DNA of 64,000 nucleotides from Octopus vulgaris (Eukaryota): NCBI GenBank assembly GCA_951406725.2, contig OX597830.1, positions 65,720,001 to 65,784,000 of the forward strand, read 5' to 3'. Shown piece by piece: positions 1 to 11,714 of this stretch (position 1 is its first letter; each line of letters starts with the position of its first letter). The notes under the pieces were generated by a model. It saw only the letters and a program-made list of their open reading frames with translations, ran no database searches and was not told where the DNA came from. The position numbers and the translations under genes were made by a program.

Positions 1-84
1 GAGGTCGATGTAATCGACTTAATCCGTCTGTCTGTCCTTGTTTGTCTCCTCTATGTTTAGCCCCTTGTGGATAGTAAAGAAATA
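1..84 (+). mobile_element. 3' end of SINE family B (truncated by window edge)
   Basis: Same GGTCGATGTAATCGACTTAATCCG...CCCCTTGTGG..AAAGAAATA tail as copies at 3686, 3935 and 55836. Confidence 0.8.
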
Positions 85-885
85 TATATTTGCTGACATG
101 TACTTAAGAAATAATAGGGTGGACAAACATTGAATCTTGATGTTAAGCTACGTCGCTATAATTCCATGAAATAAATATAAAGAGGGGTATGTAAATAGAT
201 ACAGGTATGAGTATGCGCTATTATAAAGATAAAAGAAATGACGAAAAAAATAAATAAAATATACAGATAGTTAGAAACGGAAATATGCAACAATATGTAA
301 ACGTATTTATGCGTGCCTGTGCGTGTATTTTCCCAGTTTCAAACTAAAGGGATGAATTTTCCAAGAAATCTTTTCAGAAATAAGAATTTTGAAATTATGA
401 TAAGAACGTATAGAAAAGAGAAAAATTCCACTCACGACGAAATAAACCTTGTTTGTATACAAACATTAGTAGCGACGCGTGTCTAATGAAACGCCTTTAG
501 TTTTTCCGGCGTTAATGAGAACAGAATTATCACAATAATCTATTAAAACATTTTAATTAGAATTTTCAAAAAGTGGCAAATTGTGTAAAAAAAATAGTCC
601 CAAATGAAAATTTTATAAGTAAATCTGGATCTAGTTAATTTCATTCGCAAAATAATTTTGTTCAGATTGCTTTCAAATTTGGTGTATCTGAATTTTAATA
701 ACGATCAACCAATTACTTTATCTCGTAAATTAAAGAATCTGATATTGTTAGGAAAGTAAAGTTGGGAAATTTGGGTTAATTTTAGCAAATCAACAGACAG
801 CGTAGCATTAGAAGCTTGTTACCATGACAACCGCTGTGTTTGTCTTTCACTTTACCAGTGTCTGTGCCGTACGTTGTTAAAAAAA

Positions 886-1290
886 ATAATAATGAAATTA
901 TTGCATACAGTGCTCAGGTGAACCACAACTTGTCAAAAGTGCGTATAAAGCATATGTACAAATGCCTGGAAAGCGAACAGTGTATGAGTCAGATACATGC
1001 TTGCGTGTGTATGGAGGGGAGAAAATCAGGTGTAGTGTTGGCGAATCTCAGGAAGCATGGAAGTTTTTAAGGATGCAATGCTCCAACAACTAACAACTGA
1101 TGCTGGCAGTTTGTTCCATGCTTCAGCAACTCTCAGAGTGAAAAAATGTTTCCGAAAGTAATGGGAGCTGTGCTGTTTTCTGACTTTGTAAACATGTCCA
1201 TGGGTGTTAGACAGGTGAAGTTTGAAAAGGTGCTCAGAGTTATTGTTTGTGAGATGGTTGATAATTTTATGGGTGTCTGTGTTGATATCG
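886..1290 (-). mobile_element. CR1-like LINE 3' fragment (ORF2 C-terminus plus 3' UTR)
   Basis: Minus frame reads THGHVYKVRKQHS..FRKHFFTLRVAEAWNKLPASVV, matching the typical CR1-clade C-terminal pattern (RGH..K......R..FF..RV...WN.LP..VV). Confidence 0.7.
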
Positions 1291-2522
1291 TGGAACAGAG
1301 AAACTGTGAGCAATACAGATAATTTCACATTATTTTTGAATTCTGCATGCAAAAACATATGAGTTACAAGTATTCTTTTCCTTGGGACAAATTCTTTGTT
1401 GACCAGTGTTATTCTTATCATAGTTTACAAATCCAAGCATAAAAACGTTACTCAACTTTGGTGTTCACATACACTTATATATTAATGATGTACACACAAA
1501 TACATGACAGGTATACATAATACTGAAATATGCATAAAGTAAAGACATGCAGACAAATGTATTAATATAACAAATTTGTTAAAAATAATAAAAGCATACA
1601 ATCAATGAAGAGACAAAAGGAACAGTTGTAGTGGATCTAGCATGCATGAAGTGGATTCAATCAACCGTAGACAAATTTAAATTAACACTGCAACAGAACT
1701 TTTCCCACGGTGGAACAATGGTTTTTCTCTTACATTTTCCAGGTGCCTTTAGCTAGACTGAAATAATGTCTTCACCACTTGACCCTTTCTAACCTCTTCT
1801 ACTTCGCCAAAAGCTAGAATAGAGACAACAAGACCACCAACTAAATCTATTGTTCTCAATGATATGTCTATCCTTCTGGATAGTTATAAAAGCAAGAACC
1901 CCCAAGCAAATACCAAGTAGTTACTTGGCGACAAGACTCAATTAGTTAGTTAGGGAACAGACTGCTAGTTTCTAATGATTGATCATGTGACTGGTCAAGT
2001 GACATTAAAATACTTGGTTGAGTCAGGCATTTGGATTGGTGTAGATTTATCCTGGATACGGATCTCGTATCCAATTGCATTTCACAATAGAGCAGCAAAA
2101 TCGGCAAATTCTAAATGCTAGCCGGACTCTTTTTTGTTTTTGCTTATAAATAGTGTTGCAAAATCATTATGAGTAATGTGAGAGAGAGAAGGACAGGAAA
2201 GAGGTTATTTCCAGGAAGCTATGTCACACTTTTGTTCCTGTTAAAGTACATGTAACCAAGTTTGACTGAAATGAAATGCCAACTATGTGGGATTTTCTAC
2301 AGACACCATTCTTCGTAATGTATTAATCTGGTTTGCTGTATAACTCTATTTATGTGTTGCTGTTAACTGAAAGCTTGTTTCTGCTATTATTTCTACCATT
2401 TTATTTGCAGCTCATAAGATGCAAGGGTTTGTAATAAGATGGCCAGAGACGCCCTCCATCCAGCTAAAAGACACTCAGAAAGTATACAGAAGCCATTAGG
2501 TAGAAGAGATGAAACAAGAATA

Positions 2523-2933
2523 GGCGCAGGAGTGGCTGTGTGGTAAGTAGCTTGCTGACCAACCACATGGTTCCGGGTTCAGTCCCACTGCGTGGCATCT
2601 TGGGCAAGTGTCTTCTGCTATAGCCCCAGGCCGACCAATGCCTTGTGAGTGGGTTTGGTAGACGGAAACTGAAAGAAGCCTGTCGTATATATGTATATAT
2701 ATATATATGTGTGTATGTGTGTGTGTGTTTGTCCCCCTAGCATTGCTTGACAACCGATGCTGGTGTGTTTACGTCCCCGTCACTTAGCGGTTCGGCAAAA
2801 GAGACCGATAGAATAAGTACTGGGCTTACAAAGAATAAGTCCCGGGGTCGATTTGCTCGACTAAAGGTGGTGCTCCAGCATGGCCACAGTCAAATGACTG
2901 AAACAAGTAAAAGAGTAAAAGAGTAAAGAGTAA
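2523..2933 (+). mobile_element. tRNA-derived SINE family A, full length
   Basis: GGCGCAGGAGTGGCTGTGTGGTAAG (A-box-like), GGGTTCAGTCCC (B-box-like), central (TA)/(TG) tract, (AAAAGAGT)n tail; more than 10 copies in the window. Confidence 0.9.
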
Positions 2934-2934
2934 G

Positions 2935-3245
2935 AATCTGAAAATACTCCATGTTCATCATGTGTGGTCATACTCATCTTTGGCAACAAATCAGGTGAGC
3001 AGTAAACTGGGCTGGTCAGTGGTTCCTTATCCACAGCCAGAATTTTGCAGCCCTCTGATTTCTACCTGTGTGTTTCAATGAAGGACAGTCTTTGGGAACA
3101 GCAATTTAATTACACAAACAAGGTGCAAGTTGCTGTGAAGAAGCTGGTACAGCAGTGCACACCTGAATTTTTTAAAAGAGGATTCAAATTGTTCTCCATA
3201 ACGATGGCAGAAATAATGACAGATGAGCTAATAGGATTCTGAGAG
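2935..3245 (+). pseudogene. Degenerate mariner transposase C-terminal fragment
   Basis: LQPSDFYLCVSMKDSL..QQF...KVQVAVK resembles the mariner YSPDLAPSDFxLF..K..L.G..F motif; frameshifted. Confidence 0.55.
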
Positions 3246-3599
3246 ACCAAACTGAATGTATACTGCAGGAGAATAGGTGAAAAAAATCCTTCAAATTTGG
3301 AACAAGTCTGTTAAAGGTTTAGCAAATTTGGAACAAGTCTGTTTAAAGGTTTTGCTATGTTAATATAAAGTTCTAAGGTCACCAGTGTGGCGGTTTGTTG
3401 ATACCACAAGGAATTTGTTGATACTTCTAGGAAGTGACTTTTGAAGATTTACATAGCAGCAAATTTCTTGCAGCTATCAAATGTAATAGCAGTTAATATT
3501 GTAAAATACACACACAAAGCTTAGAGTAACATCATTCTGTTGGGTAATAATGGTTATCAGTAGTGTAAGAATACATTCAAATAATCCCTAAGCACCTGT

Positions 3600-4280
3600 T
3601 CCAGTGACACATAAAAGTCACCTGTGCCGGTGATATGTAAAAGGCACTCACTACACTCTTGGAGTGGTTGGCATTAAGAAGGGCACGCCGGGCGAAATGC
3701 GTAGGCGTATTTCGTCTGTCGTTACGTTGTGAGTTCAAATTCCGCCAAGGTCAACTTTGCCTTTCATCCTTTCGGAGTCGATAAATTAAGTACCAGTTAC
3801 GCACTGGGGACGATGTAATCAACTTAATCCGTTTGTCTGTCTTTGTCCTCTCTGTGTTTAGCCCCTTGTGGGTAATAAAGAAATAGGCATTAAGAAGGGC
3901 ATCCAGCCATAGAAACCTTGCCAAATCACAGTAAAGGCAGTGAGCTGGCAGAAATGTTAGCACGCTGGGCGAAATGCTTAGTGGTATTTCGTCTGCTGTT
4001 ACGTTCTGGGTTCAAATCCCACCCAGGTCAACTTTGCCTTTCATCCTTTTGAGATCAATAAATTAAGTATCAGTTATGCACTGGGGTCGATGTAATTGAC
4101 TTAATTCCTTTGTCTGTCCTTGTTTGTCCCCTCTATGTTTAGCCCCTTGTGGGCAATAAAGAAATAAGAAACCATGCCGAATCAGACTGGAACCTGGTGC
4201 AGCTCTTTAGTTTACCAGTTCCAGTCCAATCTGGATGCTAAATGATGATGATGATGATGATGATGAGGATAATGATGATA
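3600..4280 (+). mobile_element. SINE family C ((GAT)n tail) with two nested family B SINEs (3686-3885 and about 3935-4166)
   Basis: AAAAGCAC..ACTACAC..GGAGTGGTTGGC body and (GAT)n tail; the first nested copy is flanked by a duplication of GGCATTAAGAAGGGCA. Confidence 0.75.
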
Positions 4281-4835
4281 TAACAGAAGTGTGAAATATA
4301 TTAAAATACTCACAACACATGTCGAGAAATATGTTCACAAGTGTAGTTATTATCCGAGAAACATCATTTCATTCTGACGTCAGTGGCTATAATTTTATAT
4401 GCCAACTATGAACAGGCGTCAAGGTTCATTGAACAGTGACAGTGACCTACAAATATATGATTCTCCTTCTGGGAATAAGAAGAAAAAAGAAGAGGTAATA
4501 AGAAAGCAATAATAATCATTATATGAATTAACAGTTGAAATTTTAATGTAAATAAAATTAGATGAAAACTGAAAGAAACCTGCAGGAATGGCTGTGGTTA
4601 AGAAGTATGGCTTGCAACCACATGGTTTCAGGTTCAATTCCTCTGTGTCCTCTACTATAGCTCTGGACCTCCCAATGCTTTGTGTGTGAATTTGGTAGAT
4701 GAGAACTGTGTGGAAGTTCATTGTGGATACACACATACATACAACACACATGTATGTGTGTGTGTGTGTGTGTGTATGTCTTTGTGTTTGTCTCCCAGCC
4801 AGTGCTTGAAAAATGGTGTTGCTTTGTTTACGTCT

Positions 4836-5603
4836 CAATAGAGAGAATGAATGGGAGAAAGAGAGTCTGCCAAATGTCAACCCAACAGAGGGACCAGATA
4901 TCCGAATTGACAGTACCAACAAGACTTGCATCAGCTGGTCACTTTCCCATGGAAATACCTCCAAGTGATAAGAAAAAGAACCCTACAAGACAGTGTGCAA
5001 AATGCGCAGAGAAGATTCGAAGAGAAAGCAGATACATGTGTTATGTCTGCAAGATAACTTTGTGTGTAACTCCTTGTTTTAAAAATTATCATTCTAAATA
5101 AACTGTCTATCTCATTTTTAAAAAATTTTCCTTTGATTTAACCCTTTCGTTACTGTATTTATTTTGAGATGCTCTGTGTTTCTTTCAATTACTTTAAATA
5201 TAACAAAGTATTTCGTAAAATAACTTGATTATCATTAAGCTAGTGTAGGAACATAAATTGTGACTAAGGTTTGGTGGAATATTTTACTTCAAAACTTATG
5301 AAAACAAGACATTGTATTCAGAACCATTTCAGCCGGGTTGGTAACGAAAGGGTTAAAAGCAATACATCTTATAAAAAATCAAGGATAGTTAAATTATATG
5401 TATTTTTTCAATGTCCGAGTTAACTCGCTTAAATCCAAATTAGTAAAAGTACATTTTAATTTCTATAATGAAAATAAAGGAAACAAGATAAAAAAACTTT
5501 TTTTTTTGTAATTAACACAGTGTATATAATTAAAAAAGGAAATAAAAAAATATGCTCTGAAATGAAACACCATGTCAAACTAATTGATCCATGAAGGGGT
5601 TAA
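4836..5603 (+). mobile_element. piggyBac transposon 3' remnant (C-terminal Cys-rich domain and probable right end)
   Basis: RLASAGHFPMEIPPSDKKKNPTRQCAKC..KIRRESRYMCYVCKITLCVTPCFKNYH* (stop at 5101) is the piggyBac C-terminal zinc-binding domain; a probable end ...GAAGGGG-TTAA occurs near 5600. Confidence 0.75.
5142..5352. mobile_element. Non-autonomous TTAA-type MITE (piggyBac-like)
   Basis: TIRs CCCTTTCGTTAC / GTAACGAAAGGG flanked by TTAA at 5138-5141 and 5353-5356. Confidence 0.85.
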
Positions 5604-5999
5604 TATAGCTTATTTCTCCTTTTTCAAGATCAGCGAAGGTTTATCGCTGAAAAAAGCATAAAGTATTTTGCGAGTAGGGTGAGTTTCCATCACTAGCTGG
5701 TGATTATCATACGCTGAGGATCGGTAACCACCCAGAAACTGAAGTTTGTGTGTATCACGTAAGTCTAGGGATGGGTGGGATGACCTCTCCTTGCAAATAC
5801 TAATCGGACACAGAATGTATGTCGTTAGCGAGTTGGAAGTGATGTCTTCCTGGGGCTATAAACATCAGCAGCACTGTCCCATATAGGATGCCACATTTGG
5901 TCGGCAATTATATGTTATGATATATAAATATACATATACATATTTGTATACAAGTGTGTGTGTGTGTGTGTGTGTGTACCTCCTTGTCTTCGCATTATG

Positions 6000-6195
6000 C
6001 CATAAAAAGCACCCACTACACTCTCAGAGTGGTTGGTTGGCATTAGGAAGGGCATCCAGCTCTAGAAACATTGGCAGATCAGACTGGAGCCTGGTGCAGC
6101 CGCTAGCTTTCCAGACCTCAGTCAAACCGTCCAACCCATGCCAGCATGGAAAGCGGACATTAAACGACGATGATGATGATGATGATGATGATGAC
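6000..6195 (+). mobile_element. SINE family C 3' part
   Basis: ...CCAACCCATGCCAGCATGGAAAGCGGACATTAAACG(ATG)n tail shared with copies at 8957, 11715 and 54398. Confidence 0.8.
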
Positions 6196-6451
6196 AAGTG
6201 GTGTTGTTCAATTCTAATCTTCATGAGGAACATGTCCAGCACCACCGGGAATCAGAAAATATTACCTCACCTGGGAACTAGAGAGAGTTTGGGAAAATGG
6301 GCAGAAAAAGAGAGAGAGAGGATTGTCTGCCTGCCTGCCAGTCTGTCTGTTTGTCTAAAAGCAGACAAAATACTGCTAAGCATTTTGCCAGGTGTGTGGA
6401 TGATTCTGTCAGGTAAGTCACAAATATTGCATAGATTCAAGGTAAACGTAC

Positions 6452-6539
6452 CCAGTATTTCCGTATAAGGAAGCAAGAGGATTGTAAGTGGGTTGTCTTG
6501 ATGGAAAATAGTATCCAAATCTATTGGGCCAATAATAAC
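6452..6539 (-). CDS. Candidate coding exon 2 of a small secreted Cys/Tyr/Gly-rich protein
   Basis: Acceptor tatattttcag; phase-1 start matches the upstream exon; encodes (G)YYWPNRFGYYFPSRQPTYNPLASLYGNTG; donor gtacgt at 6451-6446, or read-through to TGA at 6420-6418. Confidence 0.6.
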
Positions 6540-6707
6540 CTGAAAATATATAAACAATAAAATTTAATTAATGTATAATTCAAATGGAAAATAGTTATAA
6601 ATTACAAAAATTTGTAGGGGCATGTTCGTGATGGTGGGGATCTGTGTAAGACAAGTCATTCTTGGTTGACTGACCATGGGTGTGTATGGAGTTGGTTAAA
6701 CCTTTAA

Positions 6708-6928
6708 CCCTTTAGACTTCGCATTATTCTGCCAAAATTAATGCTTCTTCATCCATATTGTTTTGAATGAATCATTCATTATCTTGTAGCTATGAGATTT
6801 TGATGAGGTAGCTCTTAATTTTTAAAACGATATTGTAGGGTTGGTGTGAGAGACTAGATCTGGCCAGTTTGAACATAAAACAGGCAGAATACTTTTGGCT
6901 GGATATGGCCGGTTTAAATGCTAAAGGG
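6708..6928. mobile_element. Non-autonomous TTAA-type MITE (piggyBac-like)
   Basis: TIRs CCCTTTAG / CTAAAGGG with TTAA on both sides (6704-6707, 6929-6932). Confidence 0.75.
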
Positions 6929-6933
6929 TTAAG

Positions 6934-7156
6934 TATGAAGGGGTGCTGAAATGTTCCTGGTTTTGAATAAAAGAAATTACAGGAGGACCAGTTAATTATG
7001 ATTTTACTCAACATATTCCCCTCTCAAATTCACACACTTATTGCGGTGGTCCTTCAGTTTTTCTAAGCCCTGTATAAAAGAACTCGGAAGGTTGGACCTC
7101 AAACTAGTTCTTTTGCAATACCCTTAAAGCCAGGAACTTTTCAGCACCCTCTTATA
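6934..7156. mobile_element. Tc1/mariner-type MITE
   Basis: About 28-bp imperfect TIRs (TGAAGGGGTGCTGAAATGTTCCTGG / CCAGGAACTTTTCAGCACCCTCTTA) bounded by TA. Confidence 0.75.
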
Positions 7157-7774
7157 TGATGAACAGACCCAGTACTCAAAATGTCCTGCCCTATACATAA
7201 AACTATACTGTTGGTGGTTATGCGTGACAGTCTGGGCATTTTGTATTTTTCCATTGTCTAGAATATTCTTTTATGTCCTTCTGTATGTTTACATTTGGAA
7301 TTCACTTTTTCCAAAACTTTTCTTTAATTGCATAGTGTAGCTAAGAGAGTTAAACATAATTCTTTTCACTGACCTGTCTGAACAGAAAGATGTTATAACT
7401 GATAGGTATTAATTGTCTTTCACTATCAAACCCAGAAAATTTTAAAATGGGGTTAAAAAATAGTATTACGACACCCAACCACGTAGGGGCTCAAAGCATT
7501 TCATGATGAGGGCACTAGATCCAAGAGGAGATTTATGGACATATTCCACTCATTTCTGCTATTATTGCTCAAAGCAAGGTGAGCTTCACTGACCACTGTT
7601 GTTGTGGTCTAGCTGTATGATGCAAGACTATGATGTGAGACTATGGCCTCTGTCCCTCTGGACGAACTACTTACATATCAGCATCATCCAGGTCCTGCAC
7701 TAATGCATTTTTTTACCCAGTCCTTTCTTCTTCAGAATATCAACCAACTGGAATATCCCTACATATACATTTTA

Positions 7775-7995
7775 TCTTTTACTTGTTTCAGTCATTTAAC
7801 AGTGGTCAGGCGGGGACACTGCTTTGAAGGGTTTTAGTTGAACAAATCGACCTCCAAGATTTAGTTTTTTTTAAGCTTTGGTTGGTCCAAGGCTACAGTA
7901 GAAAATACTTGCCCAAGGTGCCACACAGTGTGATTGAACCCAGAACCAGGAAGTTGAGAAGCAATCTTTTTACCACACAGCTACACCTACGCCTA
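7775..7995 (-). mobile_element. Degenerate SINE family A
   Basis: Reverse-complement family A head and tail with an internal deletion. Confidence 0.6.
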
Positions 7996-8590
7996 CACAT
8001 ATGTTTGCTATGCAAATATCTATTCATTAAACTGCTTGTCTTTAGTTTCTAACCATCTCACATCTACTGGATTGGAAACTCACTCTCAGATCATACCTTC
8101 ACAGCATGTGTTGATGAAACTTTCACTGATCCACACTCAGTTGTGCCTGTCCCAATAACCTACTTGCCATCACTTTCAACAACACTCCTTCCGATACACA
8201 GGAATTCCCCACCTGGTTGGGACGCTGATCCATCGTAGGATTATTCATTTTTGCCAGCTGAATGGACTGGAGTAATGTGAAAGGAAGTGTTTTGCTCAAG
8301 AACACAATGTGTTGCTGGTCCAGGAATCGAAACCTCAATCTTACAATCATGAGTCCAACACCCTAACTAATAAGCCTCCACCCTATGACCCATAACCTTA
8401 TACTGGTCAACAGTGTGATTTTTTGGGGACTCTTGTTCTAGGAAACATAACTGCTTTTGAATTAACCTCAATGCCCGACTTTTTATCCTGCAACCATCAA
8501 CATACAAGGTGGTGCTCCAGCATGGCTGCAGTCTAATCACTTAAGTAAAAAATACAGTGGTTCAATTACATCAATCACATTGATTGCATT

Positions 8591-8818
8591 TTATTTCTTT
8601 ATTGCCCACAAGGGGCTAAACATAGAGGTGACAAACAAGGACAGACAGACGGATTAAGTCGATTACATCGGCCCCAGTGTGTAACTGGTACTTAATTCAT
8701 CAACCCCGAAAGGATGAAAGGCAAAGTTGATCACAGCAGAATTTGAACTCAGAACATAAAGACAGACGGAATACCGCTAAGCATTTCGCTTGGTGTGCTA
8801 ACATTTCTGCCAGCTTGC
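8591..8818 (-). mobile_element. SINE family B
   Basis: Reverse-complement family B body flanked by the direct repeat CACATTGATTGCAT (TSD). Confidence 0.8.
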
Positions 8819-8956
8819 CACATTGATTGCATCTGTCTTCAAAAGACTGCAAAGGTCATAGATAAAGCCTCTTTCACCAAACTAAACCTTTAACCCAACT
8901 CCCTGTAAAACTCCAATATTTATTACAGAATACAAATAAACAAATGATGCAGTTTA

Positions 8957-9217
8957 GCCCCTCGTGCCGGTGGCACATAAAAAGCACCATCCGTTCGTGG
9001 CCGTTTGCCAGCTCTGTCTGGCACCTGTGCGGGTGGCACGTAAAAAGCACCCACTACACTCACGGAGTGGTTGGCGTTAGGAAGGGCATCCAGCCGTAGA
9101 AACACTGCCAGATTTGACTGGGCCTGATGAAGCCTTCTGGCTTCACAGACCCCAGTAGAACCATCCAACCCATGCTAGCATGGAAAACGGACCCTAAACG
9201 ATGATGATGATGATGAT
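8957..9217 (+). mobile_element. SINE family C
   Basis: GTGCCGGTGGCACATAAAAAGCACC sub-repeats, family C body and (GAT)n tail. Confidence 0.8.
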
Positions 9218-9601
9218 GAATGGAATAAAAGAAGACTGAGAATATTAGATGTACTTCTTCAATTTCAGCAACACATATTAGGTAGGGGGCTCTGAAAGGG
9301 GTCTCAGGGAGTAGTGTCCCTGCCTTCCTGAGCCTAGTTTTCCACCACATTTCTTAAAAATCATGGTAGAGGCCTTGGTCTTGGGACCATTCATGTCTAG
9401 AAACTGAGGTTGGGGGCAAGCAAGGGCACACTCCCCATAGAAAATCCAGCCCCAAGAAAGCCTCAGGACAGCAAGGGAGAATGGGCACCAGCCAGCCAGC
9501 CCAAAGGTTGGGGTGGGCTGCACCTGCCTACCTCAGTTGCTGTGGCATTGAGGTAGATCTGGCCACCCCTGTTAAAGGGGACAAAACCCAGACTTAAAAC
9601 A

Positions 9602-9649
<48 letters not shown>

Positions 9650-9828
9650 ATTCAGGGAAAAAAGTTCTGAGTGCATTAAAGCTTATGAGAAGACCAACTT
9701 CACGTACAAGCACAAACAAACATTAATATATACATGTGTGTATATACAACAGGCTTCCATAAATTCACAACCCATGCTAGCATGGAAAGCAGACGTTAAA
9801 CGATGATGATGATGACGACGATGATGAC

Positions 9829-9873
<45 letters not shown>

Positions 9874-10119
9874 GGTATTAACTGACCTAGGCCTATAGTA
9901 AAGGATACCAGCCCGCAAAATTTTTTTACCATGAGAGTTCGGGACCCCAGTAATGAATGCATTTGCATACTGCCAATCAGAGCTCACCTTTAAAATCCAC
10001 ATACTTTGTACTACTGCAGAACAGCCAAGGGGTTGGTCTTTTTGGGGACAGTTTTTTTGTTAAAAAATTGTGTATCTGATAAGCCATCAAATACTGTCAT
10101 TTCAATTTATAATACTCAC

Positions 10120-10282
10120 CCACATTCCAAGGGTAACTATTACAGTAGCTACAACTTCCCAGTGAACTTCCCAGCGAAGAACATAGAGCACAATGTGGGT
10201 ACACGTACTGTCTATTACAACAACAAACAACTGCAAGGATAATCAGAATAGTAACGATTGCAATAATTAGCTTGTTCTTCAT
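10120..10282 (-). CDS. Candidate first coding exon of a small secreted Cys-rich protein (signal peptide)
   Basis: Acceptor gtttcag at 10304 (exon starts 10303); AGCAAC-ATG context; MKNKLIIAIVTILIILAVVCCCNRQYVYPHCALCSSLGSSLGSCSYCNSYPWNV; strong donor G|gtgagt in phase 1. Confidence 0.65.
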
Positions 10283-10471
10283 GTTGCTGTCACTGTCTGC
10301 ACACTGAAACTTACTCAATGTCTGTAAATTAAAAAAATTAAAACCATTAACCCAACTCTCTGTAAAACTCCAATATTTATTACAGAATACAAATAAACAT
10401 ATGATGCATTTTAACATATTTAATGGAATAAAAGAAAACTGAGAATATTCGATGTATTAGGTTCCGGGTTC

Positions 10472-11263
10472 AGTCCCACTGCGTGACACCTTGGGCAAGT
10501 GTCTTCTACTATAGCCTTGGGCCAACCAAAACCTTGTAGTCCCACTGCGTGACACCTTGGGCAAGTGTCTTCTACTATAGCCTTGGGCCAACCAAAACCT
10601 TGTAGTCCCACTGCGTGACACCTTGGGCAAGTGTCTTCTACTATAGCCTCGGGCCAACCAAAACCTTGTAGTCCCACTGCGTGACACCTTGGGCAAGTGT
10701 CTTCTACTATAGCCTCGGGCCAACCAAAACCTTGTAGTCCCACTGCGTGACACCTTGGGCAAGTGTCTTCTACTATAGCCTCGGGCCAACCAAAACCTTG
10801 TAGTCCCACTGCGTGACACCTTGGGCAAGTGTCTTCTACTATAGCCTTGGGCCAACCAAAACCTTGTAGTCCCACTGTGTGACACCTTAGACAAGTGTCT
10901 TCTACTATAGCCTCGGGCCAACCAAAACCTTGTAGTCCCACTGCGTGACACCTTGGGCAAGTGTCTTCTACTATAGCCTCAGGCCAACCAAAACCTTGTA
11001 GTCCCACTGCGTGACACCTTGGGCAAGTGTCTTCTACTATAGCCTTGGGCCAACCAAAACCTTGTAGTCCCACTGTGTGACACCTTAGACAAGTGTCTTC
11101 TACTATAGCCTCGGGCCAACCAAAACCTTGTAGTCCCACTGCGTGACACCTTGGGCAAGTGTCTTCTACTATAGCCTCAGGCCAACCAAAACCTTGTAGT
11201 CCCACTGCGTGACACCTTGGGCAAGTGTCTTCTACTATAGCCTCGGGCCAACCAAAACCTTGT
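10472..11263 (+). repeat. 12 x 66-bp tandem array expanded inside a family A SINE
   Basis: AGTCCCACTG recurs at 10472, 10538 ... 11198 with an exact 66-bp period; the SINE resumes at 11264. Confidence 0.95.
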
Positions 11264-11321
11264 GAGTGGATTTGGTAGACGGAAACTGAAAGAAGCCTGT
11301 CGTATATATGTATATGTAAGA

Positions 11322-11711
11322 ATGTGGAGGCGCAATGGCCCAGTGGTTAGGGCAGCGGACTCGCGGTCATAGGATCTCAGTTTCGATTCCCAGACCGGGC
11401 GTTGTGAGTGTTTATTGAGCGAAAACACCTAAAGCTCCACGAGGCTCTGGCAGGGGATGGTGGTGATCCCTGCTGTACTCTTTCACCACAACTTTCTCTC
11501 ACTCTTACTTCCTGTTTCTGTTGTACCTGTATTTCAAAGGGCCGGCCTTGTCACTCTCTGTGTCATGCTGAATATCCCCGAGAACTACGTTAAGGTTATA
11601 CGTGTCTGTGGAGTGCTCAGCCACTTACACGTTAATTTCACGAGCAGGCTGTTCCGTTGATTCGGATCAACCAGAACCCTCGTCGTCATAACCGACGGAG
11701 TGCTTCCATCC
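11322..11711 (+). mobile_element. tRNA-derived SINE family D
   Basis: tRNA-like head GGCGCAATGGCCCAGTGGTTAGGGCAGCGGACTCGCGG...GTTTCGATTCCC; flanked by the direct repeat ATATGTAAGA. Confidence 0.8.
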
Positions 11712-11714
11712 ATA

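Noticed and set aside
2047-2112. Possible last exon of the secreted-protein gene on the minus strand (ICRFCCSIVKCNWIRDPYPG*)
   Set aside because: Phase-compatible and Cys-rich, but the acceptor lacks a polypyrimidine tract; too weak to call without RNA data.
7668-7760. Possible minus-strand exon ending in gtaagt
   Set aside because: All three frames contain stops; RRKDWVKKC looks more like a decayed RTE-type LINE C-terminus.
10420-11205. 261-aa Cys-repeat ORF (GLQGFGWPEAIVEDTCPRCHAV)n
   Set aside because: It is the antisense reading of the 66-bp SINE-derived array; it starts at a non-ATG codon and has no independent coding evidence.
11322-11400. tRNA gene call for SINE heads (also 2523, 15964, 56622)
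   Set aside because: The tRNA-like heads continue into SINE bodies and tails and lack a proper acceptor stem.
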